Counted from the stretch's first letter, positions 12,740 through 26,264 are shown. The stretch: DNA of 64,000 bases from Malacoraja senta (GCA_038087875.1 CM075984.1:32922001-32986000); one strand, 5' to 3'. The notes: generated from the letters alone by a model not told the origin. Numbers and translations: made by a program.

Positions 12740-14131
12740 TAAAATGAGGAATAATGGTGTCCAAAGAGAGTCAAACGAAGCATTCCCTGTAAAATTTAGT
12801 GACATGAAGTTGAACAACCTATTGAATGACAATGACTGCATTTTGTCCAGCGACCTGCATTCTAGGTTCCATTGCATACCTTTCTAAAATGGTAATGATT
12901 GAATTTATGAGTTCTGTTAGTTGAAGGTATCATGGCTTTATTCAGTGAAAATATTCCTTCGTTATGAACTTGGATTGGGTTGATACCCATAAAACAATCA
13001 TATTCGCTTCCAATGATAGCTTTAGAATTTGTACTAAATTTTACATGGTTTGGTTTTCCATTTAGTGACAACAAACCCCAGGAGTATCCTGATTGCGCAT
13101 GTTCACCACTTTACCATCTTATTATTTTTGATTGTGATGATGTATAGAACACCGTTTCCTTCTGTATATTTAAAAAAAGGTAACGTTAAAAAGCCTTTAC
13201 GTCTTTGTTCTATTGTAGTCATCATTTCACAGTGAAATAGAAGTGAGGTATGTCCAAGCCTTTCATTTGTTTACTGGTGAATTTTCACCGGGAGAACAAG
13301 GTTACTTCCAGGAACTGCAGACAAATCATTAAAAGCAACAACATGACACACTCAGGTCCAGTTATTTAACAAACAGTTACTGAATAATATATTCTGCATC
13401 GGTAATACACCTTAACTAATTAATACATGCATTTCCAACCAATTCATATATACATTTCCTCGGAGCATACTTTGTATATATGATGACAGTCAATTTAGAT
13501 TCACATTTTTTTCCACTCTGTGTGATTACTCACAGATTATGATACATGATTAATTCAGTCTTTTTATTACACTAGGCAATGGGATATCTGCCAATCTGTT
13601 ATGTGATTTAATTTACTTTTCTGTGAACTTCACTGCACAGAATATTAACCTGATTGTCACACATGTAATACAGGGGGACCTTTAAGTTGATCTGAAATGT
13701 CTGGTGTAGCTTACCTCAGAGTAATAGATGGAAGAGGTTTATTCTCACAGAGAATAGAATCATGACACAGAAACATGTCCTTCAACCCACCATGCCGATT
13801 ATCACGCACCTGTCTACACTAATTTTCCAGCATGACTCATAACCTTCTACTCCTCGATGATTCCGGTGCTCATCTAGATACTTACAAAACAATGTTTTGT
13901 GGCAGTGTTTAATAGGATAGCACTAATGGAATTAGTATTCTAGATACAGTGTTCTCTATACTATACGCATAATTTCTTATGGCACAGTGTTGAGGGATAT
14001 TTACAATAAGAAACACAAACCTTTTCTCCCAGGTTTATATCAACTTTTGTTTAATTTTATTCTACATTGAAGAGACTTGCAGTGAACTATGATACTTTGT
14101 ATGGATTTTACTTCATTGAATTATTTCTTAG

Positions 14132-14204
14132 GTTGCAAGAACTAGAAACTCAGTACCGGAGAGAAAAGGAGGAAGCTGATTTACTGTTAGAACAGCAGCG
14201 ACTG
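14132..14204 (+). CDS. KIF1A: KIF1A exon: LQELETQYRREKEEADLLLEQQRL, CC2
   Basis: tttcttag acceptor, gtatgc donor, 73 nt. Confidence 0.95.
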
Positions 14205-14754
14205 GTATGCAACATTAAACTTTACTGAGACTTTCTGAGCCAACAACATAATTTTGGTGAATTAAGACTGAATCTCACTGAGGTAAAGTCGAGTCAAGGA
14301 CCAGGAAACAATAATGTAACTGACAGCCTTTTAAAGATAAGCCAGCTTGGAGGCTGTCCATGCACATTGCCACAAGAGGAGGGGTGGGTTGAGAGGAGAA
14401 CCACCAGAGCTTCCTGGGTGATGGAATTGGCAAATATGGTGAAGACAGATATAAAGATAGACAGTGTTAGACATACTCAGAAGATCAGGAAACATTTGAG
14501 GGGAAAAAATTATTCAGATTGATGAACTATCGAAACACTATTTTGGCTCTAGCGGGAGCATCCAATGAATGCTTTCATGGATAAAGGTTACTAAAGTTCC
14601 CAATAATCTGGCATCCGGTAACACATTTGAAGGAGGAAATTTATGCACATAATGTTTTGATTAATTGGGCATCCCAAACCAAGCGCCCGTCTTCCAGCAT
14701 TATTAACGGCTCCACCCTGTTTTTGTCTACCCCTGTTTTTGTCTACCATTCTAG

Positions 14755-14848
14755 GACTACGAAAGCAGACTGGAAGCTTTACAAAGGCAGATGGATTCCT
14801 GCTTTTACCCAGAAAATGTACAGGAAGATGAAGAACCAGAGGAGGAAG
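14755..14848 (+). CDS. KIF1A: KIF1A exon: DYESRLEALQRQMDSCFYPENVQEDEEPEEE
   Basis: attctag acceptor, gtgaga donor, 94 nt. Confidence 0.94.
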
Positions 14849-15373
14849 GTGAGAGAACATCCCTCTTCATCTTTTGTCATGTTTTACTATGGTCTCATTT
14901 CCCCGTGGTACTACTAGGAAGCTAGCGAAATAGATCAGGAAGCTGTGGCAACATTTGAAGAGTCAACTAACTCTCACAGCAAGTACTGCTCTTGTGATGG
15001 TGTGTGGCTTCACCAGGGATCTCTTACAATTGAAGGTGCCCAGTCTCAGCTCAGGCATAACAAAGGCAAAGAGTCCCTGTATCAGCGAAGGGGAAAGTTG
15101 TGCAGAGAGTTTACAAAAGTTTGTAATTTCTCAGGGAACTTTAATCCAAGCTTTTCTTTTTAATGTTACACTGGTTTTACTGCATTTTACCAAAAATAGA
15201 TGAAGCAACTTTATTGCAGTGGCAAGGTGCACTGTCCTATCATACTCGGGGACTGGATGTTGCAATCCACACAGAATCTGGGGCAGTGACACTACGGGCC
15301 ACACTGTGCTGTCATTCTCTGAGACTGGGTATTACATTGAGTCACACTATCCTTTCACACTCTGGGATTGGGT

Positions 15374-17454
15374 GATCCAGTTCATTCCATAGAGGAAGAA
15401 AGATTCCAAGGGGAGTAAGGGGCAACCGTGGCTGACAAGAAGTCAGGGACAGTATAAAAAGAAGTACAACGATGAGAGAAGCAAAGATGAGCGGGAAGCA
15501 AGAGGATTGGGTAATGTTTAAAGAGCAACAAAAGACTACTAAAACGGAAATACAGGGAGAAATTATGAGGTACGAAGGTAAGCCAGCCAAGAATATAAAG
15601 GAGGATAGTAAAAGCTTCTTTGGGTATGTGAAGAGGAAAAAATTAGTCAAGACCAAAGTTGGATCTTTGAAGCCTGAAAAGGGTGAATTTATTATGGGGA
15701 GCAAGGAAATGGCGGATAAGTTGAACAGGTACTTTGGATCCGTCTTCACTAAGGAGGACACAAACAATCTTCCTGATGTGCTAGTGGCCAGAGGATCTGG
15801 GGTGACCGAGGAACTGAAGGAAATCCACATTAGGCAGGAAATGGTTGGGTAGACTGATGGGACTGAAGGCTGATAAATTCCCAGGGCCTGATTGTCCGCA
15901 TCCCAGGGTACTTAACGAAGTGCCTCTAGATATCGTGGATGCATTGGTGTTTATTTTCCAATGTTCTATAGAATCAAGATCAGTTCCTGTGGATTGGAGG
16001 GTAGCTAATGTCATCCCACTTTTTAAGAAAGGCGGGAGAAAGAAAACAGGGAATTATAGACCAGTTAGCCTGACATCGGTGGTGGGGAAGATGCTGGAGT
16101 CAATCATAAAAGATGAAATAGCGGCACATTTGGATAGCAGTAACAGGATCAGTCCGAGTCAGCATGGATTTACGAAGGGGAAATCATGCTTGACTAATCT
16201 TCTGGAATTTTTTGAGGATGTAACTAGGAAATTGGACAAGGGAGAGCCAGTGGATGTAGTGTACCTGGACTTTCAGAAAGTATTTGATAAGGTCCCACAT
16301 AGGAGACTAGCGGACAAAATTAGAGCACATGGTATTGGGGGTAGAGTGCTGCCATGGATAGAAAATTGGTTGGCAGATAGGAAACAAAGAGTAGGGATTA
16401 ACGGGTCCCTTTCAGAATGGCAGGCAGTGACTAGTGGGGTACCGCAAGGCTCGGTGCTGGGACCGCAGCTATTTACGATATAGATCAATGATTTAGATGA
16501 AGGGATTCAAAGTAACATTCTCAAATTTGCAGATGACACAAAGCTGGGTGGCAGTGTGAACTTTGAGGAGGATGCTATGAGAATGCAGGGTGACTTGGAC
16601 AGGTTGGGTGAGTGGGCAGATGCATGGCAGATGCAGTTTAATGTGGATAAATGTGAGGTTATCCACTTTGGTAGCAAAAACAGGAAGGCAGATTATTATC
16701 TAAATGGTGTCAAGTTGGGAAACGGGGAAGTACAACGAGATCAGGGGGTCCTTGTTCATCAGTCAATGAAAGTAAGCATGCAGGTACAGCAGGCAGTGAA
16801 GAAAGCAAATGGCATGTTGACCTTCATAACAAGAGGTGTTGAGTATAGGAGCAAAGAGGTCCTTCTGCAGTTGTACAGGGCCCTAGTGAGACCACACCTG
16901 GAGTATTGTGTGCAGTTTTGGTCCCCTAATTTGAGGAAGGACATTATTGCTATTGAAGGAGTGCAGCGTTGGTTCACAGGATTAATCCCCGGGATGGCGG
17001 GACTGTCAAATGCTGAGAGAATAGAGCGGCTGGGCTTGTATACTCTGGAATTTAGAAGGATGAGAGGAGATCTTATTGAAACATATTAGATTATTAAGGA
17101 TTTGGACACGCTTGAGGCAGGAAACATATTCCCGATGCTGGGGGAGTCCAGAACCAGGGGCCACAGTTAAGAATAAGGGGTAAGGCATTTAGAACGGAGA
17201 TGAGGAAACACTTTTTCACACAGAGAGTTGTGAGTATGGAATTCTCTGCCTCAGAGGGCGGTGGAGGCCGGTTCTCTGGATACTTTCAAGAGAGAGCTTG
17301 ATAGGGCTCTTAAAGAGAGCAGAGTCAGGGGATATGGGGAGAAGGCAGGAACGGGGTACTGATTGTGGATGATCAGCCATGATCACATTGAATGGCGGCG
17401 CTGGCCCGAAGGGCCGAATGGCCTATTCCTGCACCTATTGTCTATTGTCTATTG
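15374..17454 (+). mobile_element. CR1 LINE, about 2.1 kb, 5'-truncated, complete RT domain and 3' tail
   Basis: Consecutive ORFs (NYRPVSLTSV, YLDFQKVFDKVPH, GVPQGSVLGP, FADDTKLGG) broken by a few stops and frameshifts; (tctattg)n tail. Confidence 0.95.
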
Positions 17455-17610
17455 ATGACTACAGTTCCTGCATAATGTTAGTTGGTGAAAGTCTGTAACA
17501 CTACTTAAGTTCAGCTGCAATGTTTGATTTCCTTTACCGATAGGCAGTTAATATTGTTATTGTGACCTCTGGTGTTGTGATGCACATTATTGGGCTTGAA
17601 AGGCTTGTGA

Positions 17611-17844
<234 letters not shown>

Positions 17845-18155
17845 TAAGGGTGACAGAGAGATTCACACAGTGGTGTTGTCATTTAACCTGTTATAGTTGT
17901 GAATGGGTCCAGCAAAGGCTAGAGAAAAGTCACAATGTCTCCTTAGCCATTGCAATGAGACCTTTACGGCCAGCAGATGCTGTGTAAGTAGCTCACCAGG
18001 TACAGAGACAGATCTCCCTACTGCAATTCCAAAGGATGTAATTCAAGACCGTGCCTACTGTGGGTCTGTATACAATGCAGGGGAGAAGCTAGCCTGAATG
18101 GGCCGGAAGAAAGATTGGAGAACGAATGCCAGTTGTAAGGTGGTATTGTTTTTAG

Positions 18156-18509
<354 letters not shown>

Positions 18510-19145
18510 TAACCAGGAAGTCTGTTTATAAGAAGAATAGGGCTAGGTAAGAATATAATTCATTTAAAAACAAATACAAAGTTATTAGAATAGTCTCAAC
18601 AAATATTCAAACTGAGTTCACTCGGATACTGTGCTGGAGAAGTATATTCATACAAATTTTTCTAAATTGTTTCATTGTTGGGCATGTTAACCAAGATTGC
18701 ACTTTCAGTACAGATGTGTACAAGATGGAACTCAAAATGAGGGGTAGTTTTGGTATTGTGCTGATGGGTAATCTGTACCATTGTTCATATTCCTGCCCAT
18801 TTTGAATTTGAAAGCTAAAAATTTCTTAAGCAGAAAATGTGTATTGCTAAGATTTTCTAACGTTAACATTACTTGTTTCATATCATCATGATTTATCTCA
18901 GAGTTCTATTAAAATCTCCCACCAGGAGACTGCTTTCAATAAAAGCTTATGGCTGATCCACTATCCCATCTCTGCTCCATAATCCATCATAAACCATTAC
19001 CTAACAAAGATCCTATAAACTTGGTCTTGAATTTTCAATTGTCCCAGCATCTGGAGTCATGTGGGACGAGCAAAGATCAAATCTCCACAACCTCTTGTGT
19101 GAAAAGGTATTTCCTGCTGTCAACCCCAATGTTAAGGTTAGGTTG

Positions 19146-19397
19146 AAGATAGACACAAAAAACTGGAGTAACTCAGCGGGTCAGGCAGCATATCTGGAGA
19201 AAAGGAATAGGTGACGTTACGGGTCGAGAACTTTCTTTGGACTGAGAGTCAGGGGCAAGGGAAACAAGAGATATAAATGGTGATGCAGAGAGAAATAGAA
19301 CGAAGGAATGAAAGATATGCAGAATGGTAACGATGATCAAGGAAACATGGAGCCCACAATGGTCCATTGTTGGCTCTGGGCTAGGTGATAATGAGTT
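19146..19397 (-). mobile_element. Penelope-like terminal repeat fragment
   Basis: agatagacacaaaaaactggagtaactcagcgggtcaggcagc...gtgacgttacgggtcgag. Confidence 0.65.
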
Positions 19398-19490
19398 AGG
19401 TTGCCTTATTGCAGAATTCTAGAGGAAACGACTAAGTGGGACCCGTTGGGTCCCAGCTGCACACGGGAGGGCTGGTCCCCCAATGCAATA

Positions 19491-20298
19491 NNNNNNNNNN
19501 NNNNNNNNNNNNNNNNNNNNNNNNNNNNNNNNNNNNNNNNNNNNNNNNNNNNNNNNNNNNNNNNNNNNNNNNNNNNNNNNNNNNNNNNNNNNNNNNNNNN
19601 NNNNNNNNNNNNNNNNNNNNNNNNNNNNNNNNNNNNNNNNNNNNNNNNNNNNNNNNNNNNNNNNNNNNNNNNNNNNNNNNNNNNNNNNNNNNNNNNNNNN
19701 NNNNNNNNNNACACACACTCACTCANNNNNNNNNNNNNNNNNNNNNNNNNNNNNNNNNNNNNNNNNNNNNNNNNNNNNNNNNNNNNNNNNNNNNNNNNNN
19801 NNNNNNNNNNNNNNNNNNNNNNNNNNNNNNNNNNNNNNNNNNNNNNNNNNNNNNNNNNNNNNNNNNNNNNNNNNNNNNNNNNNNNNNNNNNNNNNNNNNN
19901 NNNNNNNNNNNNNNNNNNNNNNNNNNNNNNNNNNNNNNNNNNNNNNNNNNNNNNNNNNNNNNNNNNNNNNNNNNNNNNNNNNNNNNNNNNNNNNNNNNNN
20001 NNNNNNNNNNNNNNNNNNNNNNNNNNNNNNNNNNNNNNNNNNNNNNNNNNNNNNNNNNNNNNNNNNNNNNNNNNNNNNNNNNNNNNNNNNNNNNNNNNNN
20101 NNNNNNNNNNNNNNNNNNNNNNNNNNNNNNNNNNNNNNNNNNNNNNNNNNNNNNNNNNNNNNNNNNNNNNNNNNNNNNNNNNNNNNNNNNNNNNNNNNNN
20201 NNNNNNNNNNNNNNNNNNNNNNNNNNNNNNNNNNNNNNNNNNNNNNNNNNNNNNNNNNNNNNNNNNNNNNNNNNNNNNNNNNNNNNNNNNNNNNNNNN
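19491..20298. other. Assembly gaps (N runs) in or next to a CA-rich microsatellite
   Basis: N runs with a short acacacactcactca island at 19711-19725. Confidence 0.98.
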
Positions 20299-20436
20299 AT
20301 ACACTCACAAACACACACACATACAACCACACACACACACACACACAGACTCACACATACACTCACACACACACACATACACTCACATACACTCACACAC
20401 ATACACTCACACACAGACTCACACACACTGACTCAC
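20299..20436. repeat. Degenerate (CA)n microsatellite
   Basis: acacacacacatacaaccacacacacac... Confidence 0.95.
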
Positions 20437-20526
20437 CATATATATGACAGTAAACTTTCTTGAATCTACTCACACGGCTGAGCGCAGCCTCTCCACTGTG
20501 AGGCTTCCGCAGTCAGCGGCACTTCT

Positions 20527-20650
20527 GCAATCAGCGTGACCTCTGCACTTACCGGAAATTACGCAATCAGCGCGGCTTCTGCACTCACCGGAAATTACGC
20601 AATCAGCGCGAACTGTCCACTAAGCGGAAGTCACGAAATGAGCGGGACTT
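20527..20650. repeat. 36-bp tandem repeat, about 3.5 copies
   Basis: Unit gcaatcagcgcggcttctgcactcaccggaaattac; ccggaaattacgcaat at 20552 and 20588. Confidence 0.85.
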
Positions 20651-20658
20651 TTGGACTA

Positions 20659-20832
20659 AACACAAACAGACCTAATAAAGCATTTATTCCTTCCAAACAC
20701 AGTCGGACCTAATAAAGCATTTATTCCTTCCAAACACAGTCGGACCTAATAAAGCATTTATTCCTTCCAAACACAGTCGTGCCTAATAAAGCATTTATTC
20801 CTTCCAAACACAATCGGACCTAATAAAGCATT
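20659..20832. repeat. 37-bp tandem repeat, about 4.5 copies
   Basis: Unit ggacctaataaagcatttattccttccaaacacagtc, exact copies at 20705 and 20742. Confidence 0.95.
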
Positions 20833-20959
20833 GCAGTTTCAAGCACAGGCAGGGCAGCAGGCCAAACAACTCATAGCATTGTCATTTCATTTCCAATTAA
20901 GCATTGCAGTTTCAAGCACAGGCAGGACAGCAGGCCAAACAACTCATGGCATTGTCATT
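20826..20959. repeat. 73-bp tandem duplication
   Basis: aagcattgcagtttcaagcacaggcagg... at 20826 and 20899. Confidence 0.9.
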
Positions 20960-23119
20960 AAGGGCTAACAAATCATTTATTGCAAGTACATTGCAGACTC
21001 ACAGATCAGTTGATTCACAGCTTAGAATGACAGTCGTGGCCTCTCCCTCGCGATCTTGCAGAGTGACTGACTCTCATCCAGGCATCTGGGGTTTTATAGT
21101 CCTGCCCCTCCCCCCGGAAGGGGCGTTACCTTCATCGCGGTGATTGACAGGTGAGAGGACCAATCAGCTGATCTCAAGGTTTTTTAAACAATCATAACTT
21201 TTTTATTTTTCATCGATGGGAAACATCCTCGGGGCTGGCTCAGCGAAGGAGGACTGTGAGTAAGATGGCCAAAAATCGCAGCGATACAGGGTAGCGTTTT
21301 TTCTAAAATCAATATACAGCGCAGACAGGAAGTGGTCAACATGAGACTTTAATTATATAGATACGTGTTTATTGTAGTGAATCTTTGAAATCTAAAATGC
21401 CTGGATAACAAAATAAAAGACCTGGATAACATTCTATTGAATCTGCATTATAAACTTTGGGATAATAGATTATGACATTTGGGTGTCCAAAATTGAACAC
21501 AGTTGGTAACTGACCAAGCTTCTATACAACATGGTCACTTTTTTTCCTTTGCACATCAAGTACCTTGAAATAAATATAATTGAACATCAATGTTCCGGCA
21601 TTAGTCATTTTGTTTCCTGTTTGAAAAAGTGCACTAGGTTCTTATTAATTGTATACATGGCAATTGTCCATTTGTTCCATGATTCTCACATTGGGAGAAT
21701 ATTATAAACCCTTTTCGTCCTCACAGGTCCCTGCACTGAACTTGCATCTCACAAAGATATTTGTTCTTGTCACTACTTTACCATTAACACTTTGTCCTTG
21801 AGCGTTCCTCCTGTCTTGAATTAGCTCAATCACGGACTTACATCAGACAATTTCCCTCTGTGTTGGCCTGACTTTGATGCACTGGGAAAAGAGCACAAGA
21901 GGAATGAACTTCCTACTCTAACTACAGTTGAAGAGCAGCTAGATCATCCTCAGTGAAAGATCAGTATGGGTTTGGCCCTGTTACATCCCGACTCATCTTG
22001 GCATTAATGAACATGGCCGATCATTTGATGAAAACAAATGATATTCAGGCTCAAGTGCGCAGCCTCGGATGGGTGCAGCAAGCCAGAATTTATTGCAAAT
22101 GTATATCCAGACTCGTGGGTGTTCTAGAAATCCCAGAATTATGTCGGGAGACACCCAGTGTATTTGTTCTTCAGATCCTTTTCCTCCTTTCCTTTGATAA
22201 ATGAGGAACCCACAGACGTGAGTAATTAAGTTACTGGATCTGTCCAGGGGTTTGGACATGCACCTGAAGTCATTGCTTAAATTCCCTCCAGAGCAGTGTT
22301 GGAAACTAAATCCAAATATAAATTATAAGTCTAATATCAGTAATGTGGACCGTGATCATAAGAATGCAGCGCCCCTCAGGGAGTGAACTCTGCTGATCTT
22401 ACCCAGCTTGGTTTATATTTCATTTACCAGACTCACCAGTGACACTCAGTCCTGGGAAATGGCCTAGCAGTCTACTCAGTTCAGGTATAGATAGATGGAA
22501 ACAGTGACCTTGCCACTGGCAATCACATCTCATGAACAAATGCATAAAAACTAAATCCTTTCTTGAATGTTGGTGACATGTTCACTTTATGGAGTAATAC
22601 ATAAATGAATGTTCGCTGCAAAATTCAGCCTTTTATTTCATCTACAGATTTGCCGTAACTATATTACCCTGTAATCATCAAAGTTAAAACCTGTTATTAA
22701 AATCTAATTGATTTTACTCAGCCTCTCAATTTCCTTCTATGTTTTATTGTCCATTTAACTTTATTTCATTCTTAACTGTGCTTCCTGCACAAAACGGATT
22801 GAACATTTAACAGAACATTAAAATGTGCCCAAATTCAGAATCCAGCAGTACACACCAGTAGGTACCATGCATTAAGCATGTTTTTGTTTTATTCTTCCAC
22901 TTTATCCTACATTAAAAAAAAAAATCCATCATTTAGTTTGTTGAATTCTATTTATCTTTGTCGAATTAAATTACTAACTGGCTGCAATGGTATCCTCAAT
23001 AAAGGAACTCTGCAGGGAGCAACATTTGTCCCTGCAATCTCTATGAAGTCTTGTCAGTTTGTGCCCGTGCCTGTAAGGATGTGGCTGAGATTGGTGTGTT
23101 GGACTCATATCTCTTGCAG

Positions 23120-23257
23120 ACAGAGACTAGACCAGATGCGTGAGATGTATGACCGTGCCGCTGAAGTGCCTTCTAGTGTGGTCGATGACTGTGACAATGT
23201 TATGACGGGTGGAGATCCATTTTACGATCGTTTCCCATGGTTTCGGTTGGTCGGAAG
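23120..23257 (+). CDS. KIF1A: KIF1A exon: [45 protein letters not shown](R/S)
   Basis: ctcttgcag acceptor, gtaaga donor, 138 nt. Confidence 0.95.
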
Positions 23258-23820
23258 GTAAGATTGTGATGAACTTTTTATAGTGTTGTTTAGCATGATA
23301 ACTAATAGTTGTAGTCATGTTTAGAGATGAGCAGTGAAACCAGTGAAACACAGGTTCATTTAAATTTCTAATTATGGTTTCAATTGATTTGGAAAATGAA
23401 TTAGCTTTACCCATTTAATCTGGATGACACGAGAAAACCCAGAAGCAACGAATCCATGTTGAATGAATTGCACTGCAGTGTAGTTCTTTTCTTTACAGTG
23501 CAGTTTGGATGCAATTTTTCCAAGGGTTAATTGTCCAGATGCATGTGGATACTGCTCATCCCTATCATTGTCTCCATGGAAGTAGCAACAGAAGGTTGAG
23601 AGAGATGTTATACCCTCTCTAGAATCTCTCTGCTAATTCTTTATGGAGTCTCAATGTTTTCATCTGAATGATGGTGAAACTTTCTTTACAGTCCAGCCTG
23701 TAGTATGTGTCTCTTCCTTAGGACAGATACACTATCCCCGTGTTGTCATCCCAACCGTCAGGATGGCATCAAATGCCTCTTCAGTAGGGTGTGCCACCAC
23801 TAATCTCAAATCTTGATCTG

Positions 23821-24005
23821 GGCACAAGGAACTGCAGGTACTGGAATCTTGTGTAAAACACACAGTGCTGGAGTAACCCATCTGGTCAGGCAGAATGTCT
23901 GGAGGATGTGTTAGCCTGAGGAAGAGTCCCAATCCAAAATGTCGTCTATCCATGTCCTCTAGAGATGCTGCCTGACCTGCAGAGTCACTCCAGCACTGTG
24001 TTCCT
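23821..24005. mobile_element. Penelope-like terminal repeat with inverted (fold-back) structure
   Basis: acacagtgctggagt...ggtcaggcag (23860-23906) is the imperfect reverse complement of ctgcctgacc...actccagcactgtgt (23955-24001). Confidence 0.7.
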
Positions 24006-24628
24006 TTCAACATCTTGCTGTCAGCTCCAGGTTTGGAATTGGAGGAGATAAATTGTTTACCATACAATCCTTAGGGTTGGGAGTGGTTCTGAAGGGAGCA
24101 TGACCCATACATATATCTTTCTGTGTATTTTGTTATTATACATTCTCTGGATTTGGGAGAAGATAGGAAAATTGCATTTATTTCCATAATTTACCTGAGG
24201 AGTTGATAGAAAGTTTATCTTTGAAATGTTGCACTACTTGAGAAGCTGCAGGAATGCTAGAAAGTGAAATTCAGGATATTGATCCAGAGAAAACAAAATG
24301 ATGGTATGCTTAATAGATTCTGAGTTTAGTCAATATTTGCAGGGAGATGGTACGTGGCTCATTTTTATCCCCCGTTATCCCCTCTGAATCCTTTTTATAC
24401 CCCATTATCTTTTAAATTTCTGCCTTTCTACATTATATTATCACACCAGTATCTTGGCCCACATATCTGACCCTCATCTTCAGGAAGATTGCTAGCTCAC
24501 CTCTTGAGGCAGCAGGATTGCCTTTCTCCAGGAAAATGACATGCAATCAAATTGTCAAGGGATCAAGCACAACAAGGGAGTGGGGCACGGAAATTGGGTC
24601 ACTTGGTTTGTATTCTACATATCAAATG

Positions 24629-25090
24629 CAGTAAACACTCGTGTTAATGGACCCCTTTATAACGGATTTTGGATGTAGCGGACAGACCTGCGGACCTTCC
24701 CAGGGCTCACACCACCTCCCTAGCCCTGGCTTCCGACACCACCCACGATGCGCCACGTGCACCAGTGAGGCCTTCTTCACCCGCTGCACTGTTCGGTTGA
24801 CAGTTGTTGCGGCTCGCATTGTAGCTCCTGGGGACAGCATTTCTTCGGGCCGCTGGCACCAACAGGAAGCGCTCGGTCACCGTAGGGCTCCCTCCCCTCT
24901 CACCGGCTCCCGTCAGCCCATCGCTTTGTCCGCTTCCCGCTCCACTGTCGCCTCCTCCTCATCCTCTTGATGTTCTGTCCACGGCCTCATCCCCGACCCC
25001 CCCACGCCCCTGCCTCCCCCTCCCTCCACCCATGCCGCCTTCGCCTCCTCCCCCTTCTCCCCCAGAGTCGCTGACATACTGGATGTCTCG
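24629..25090. mobile_element. Possible Tigger/pogo-like DNA transposon end followed by a GC/CpG-rich body
   Basis: Starts cagtaaacactcgtgttaatggacc...tataacgga (Tigger-like terminal repeat); partner repeat not found. Confidence 0.35.
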
Positions 25091-26264
25091 GCACAGGCAA
25101 CCATTGTGCAATTCTGAGTTTATACCTACCTTTCCATATTGATCTGTGATTATTTAGCGCATAGCATGAACGTGATTTCAGCAGCATGAAGACCCCACTT
25201 ACCTTCACAAACAGTTCCTCCCCCACCACCAGTCACATGCACTATTCGAGGAAGAGGATTCTCAACTGTTTCAATTCTTTCACAGTATGTTGTTGATGGA
25301 CAGCAGGTGAAGATGTTTGTTAGATCTGTTTAATGTGACACTTTTCGATAAAGACATCTGAGATGCAATATTGATGTCTTTATCGAGGGGCTTGGCCAGG
25401 CAGAGGAGGAGGTGGAGAAAAGGATGGCCAACAATTTGCAGAGAAGGTCGAAGGAGAAGGGTAACAGGCTTAGTCAGGAGTCTTTACTTTCAGAGACAGT
25501 GGCAATGTGGATTTGTTGGAGACTATCATTTTCCCAAACTGCTGTGGCATTGGTTCCCCAAGATCAACCACTAATGGCAGAATAACCAACCACAGAGCCT
25601 TGTCAGGCCTCCAATTACAGTGTAAATACTGTGGACATTTTCCTGTTTATCAATCTGGTTTATTCTCCAGATTGTGAGAGGAAAGCACATAATCCTGAAG
25701 GATCACAACCTTCTGTGTGTCTGAGCAGGAAAAATGAAGCAGATTTAAATATGCAGCATTCATACTTATTAATGTACTCAATAAAATACTTTTTAACATT
25801 GCTGTTAATATTGTCCATTTGGTCCTTTGGAATCTGCTGCACCATTCAGGAAAACTATGGTGGTTGATCCCAGCCCTTTCCTGTTGAGCTTCATCTTGCT
25901 TGATTTTTCTGGTTTCTGCAGAGCTTATAGTTTCAGAGCTAAATACAACCAGCCACTTAACCTTTAGGAGGTGTGATTTAGTATACTGGATATGGAGGAG
26001 CCCGGTAGATAAGTTAGTGAACATGGAAGGTTTATTTGCATCATATCACAGCAACATGGGTTGTAAGTTCAAGAGGATACAAGTCAGATTGTCATATAAA
26101 CCTAACTGGATAACTAATATCATAGTCCTACAATACCGTGAAAGGTCCTTTGGTCCGCCATGTTACACCTACTCTCAAATACATAGCTGCACTAATCCCA
26201 TCTCCTAGCATTACATCTCCTGCTTTCTATGGCAATTCAAGTGCTCATCTAGCTCATTAACAGC

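Larger units (their letters stand above)
19419..21361 (-). mobile_element. Non-autonomous Helitron-like element containing assembly gaps, a (CA)n tract and minisatellites
   Basis: On the minus strand it begins A|TCTATATAATT (21361) and ends CTAG (19419-19422), with an 8-bp stem TGGGACCC-gtt-GGGTCCCA (19437-19455) just inside the 3' end. Continuity across the gaps is assumed. Confidence 0.65.

Noticed and set aside
19401-20463. Long ORFs in all frames
   Set aside because: Artefacts of N runs and a (CA)n tract.
20659-20832. CRISPR-like array (37-bp periodicity with internal palindrome)
   Set aside because: Units are head-to-tail with no unique spacers, in a vertebrate intron with no cas genes; it is a minisatellite.
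24690-25090. CpG-island promoter
   Set aside because: Short, low-complexity and directly follows a transposon-like end; more likely TE interior.
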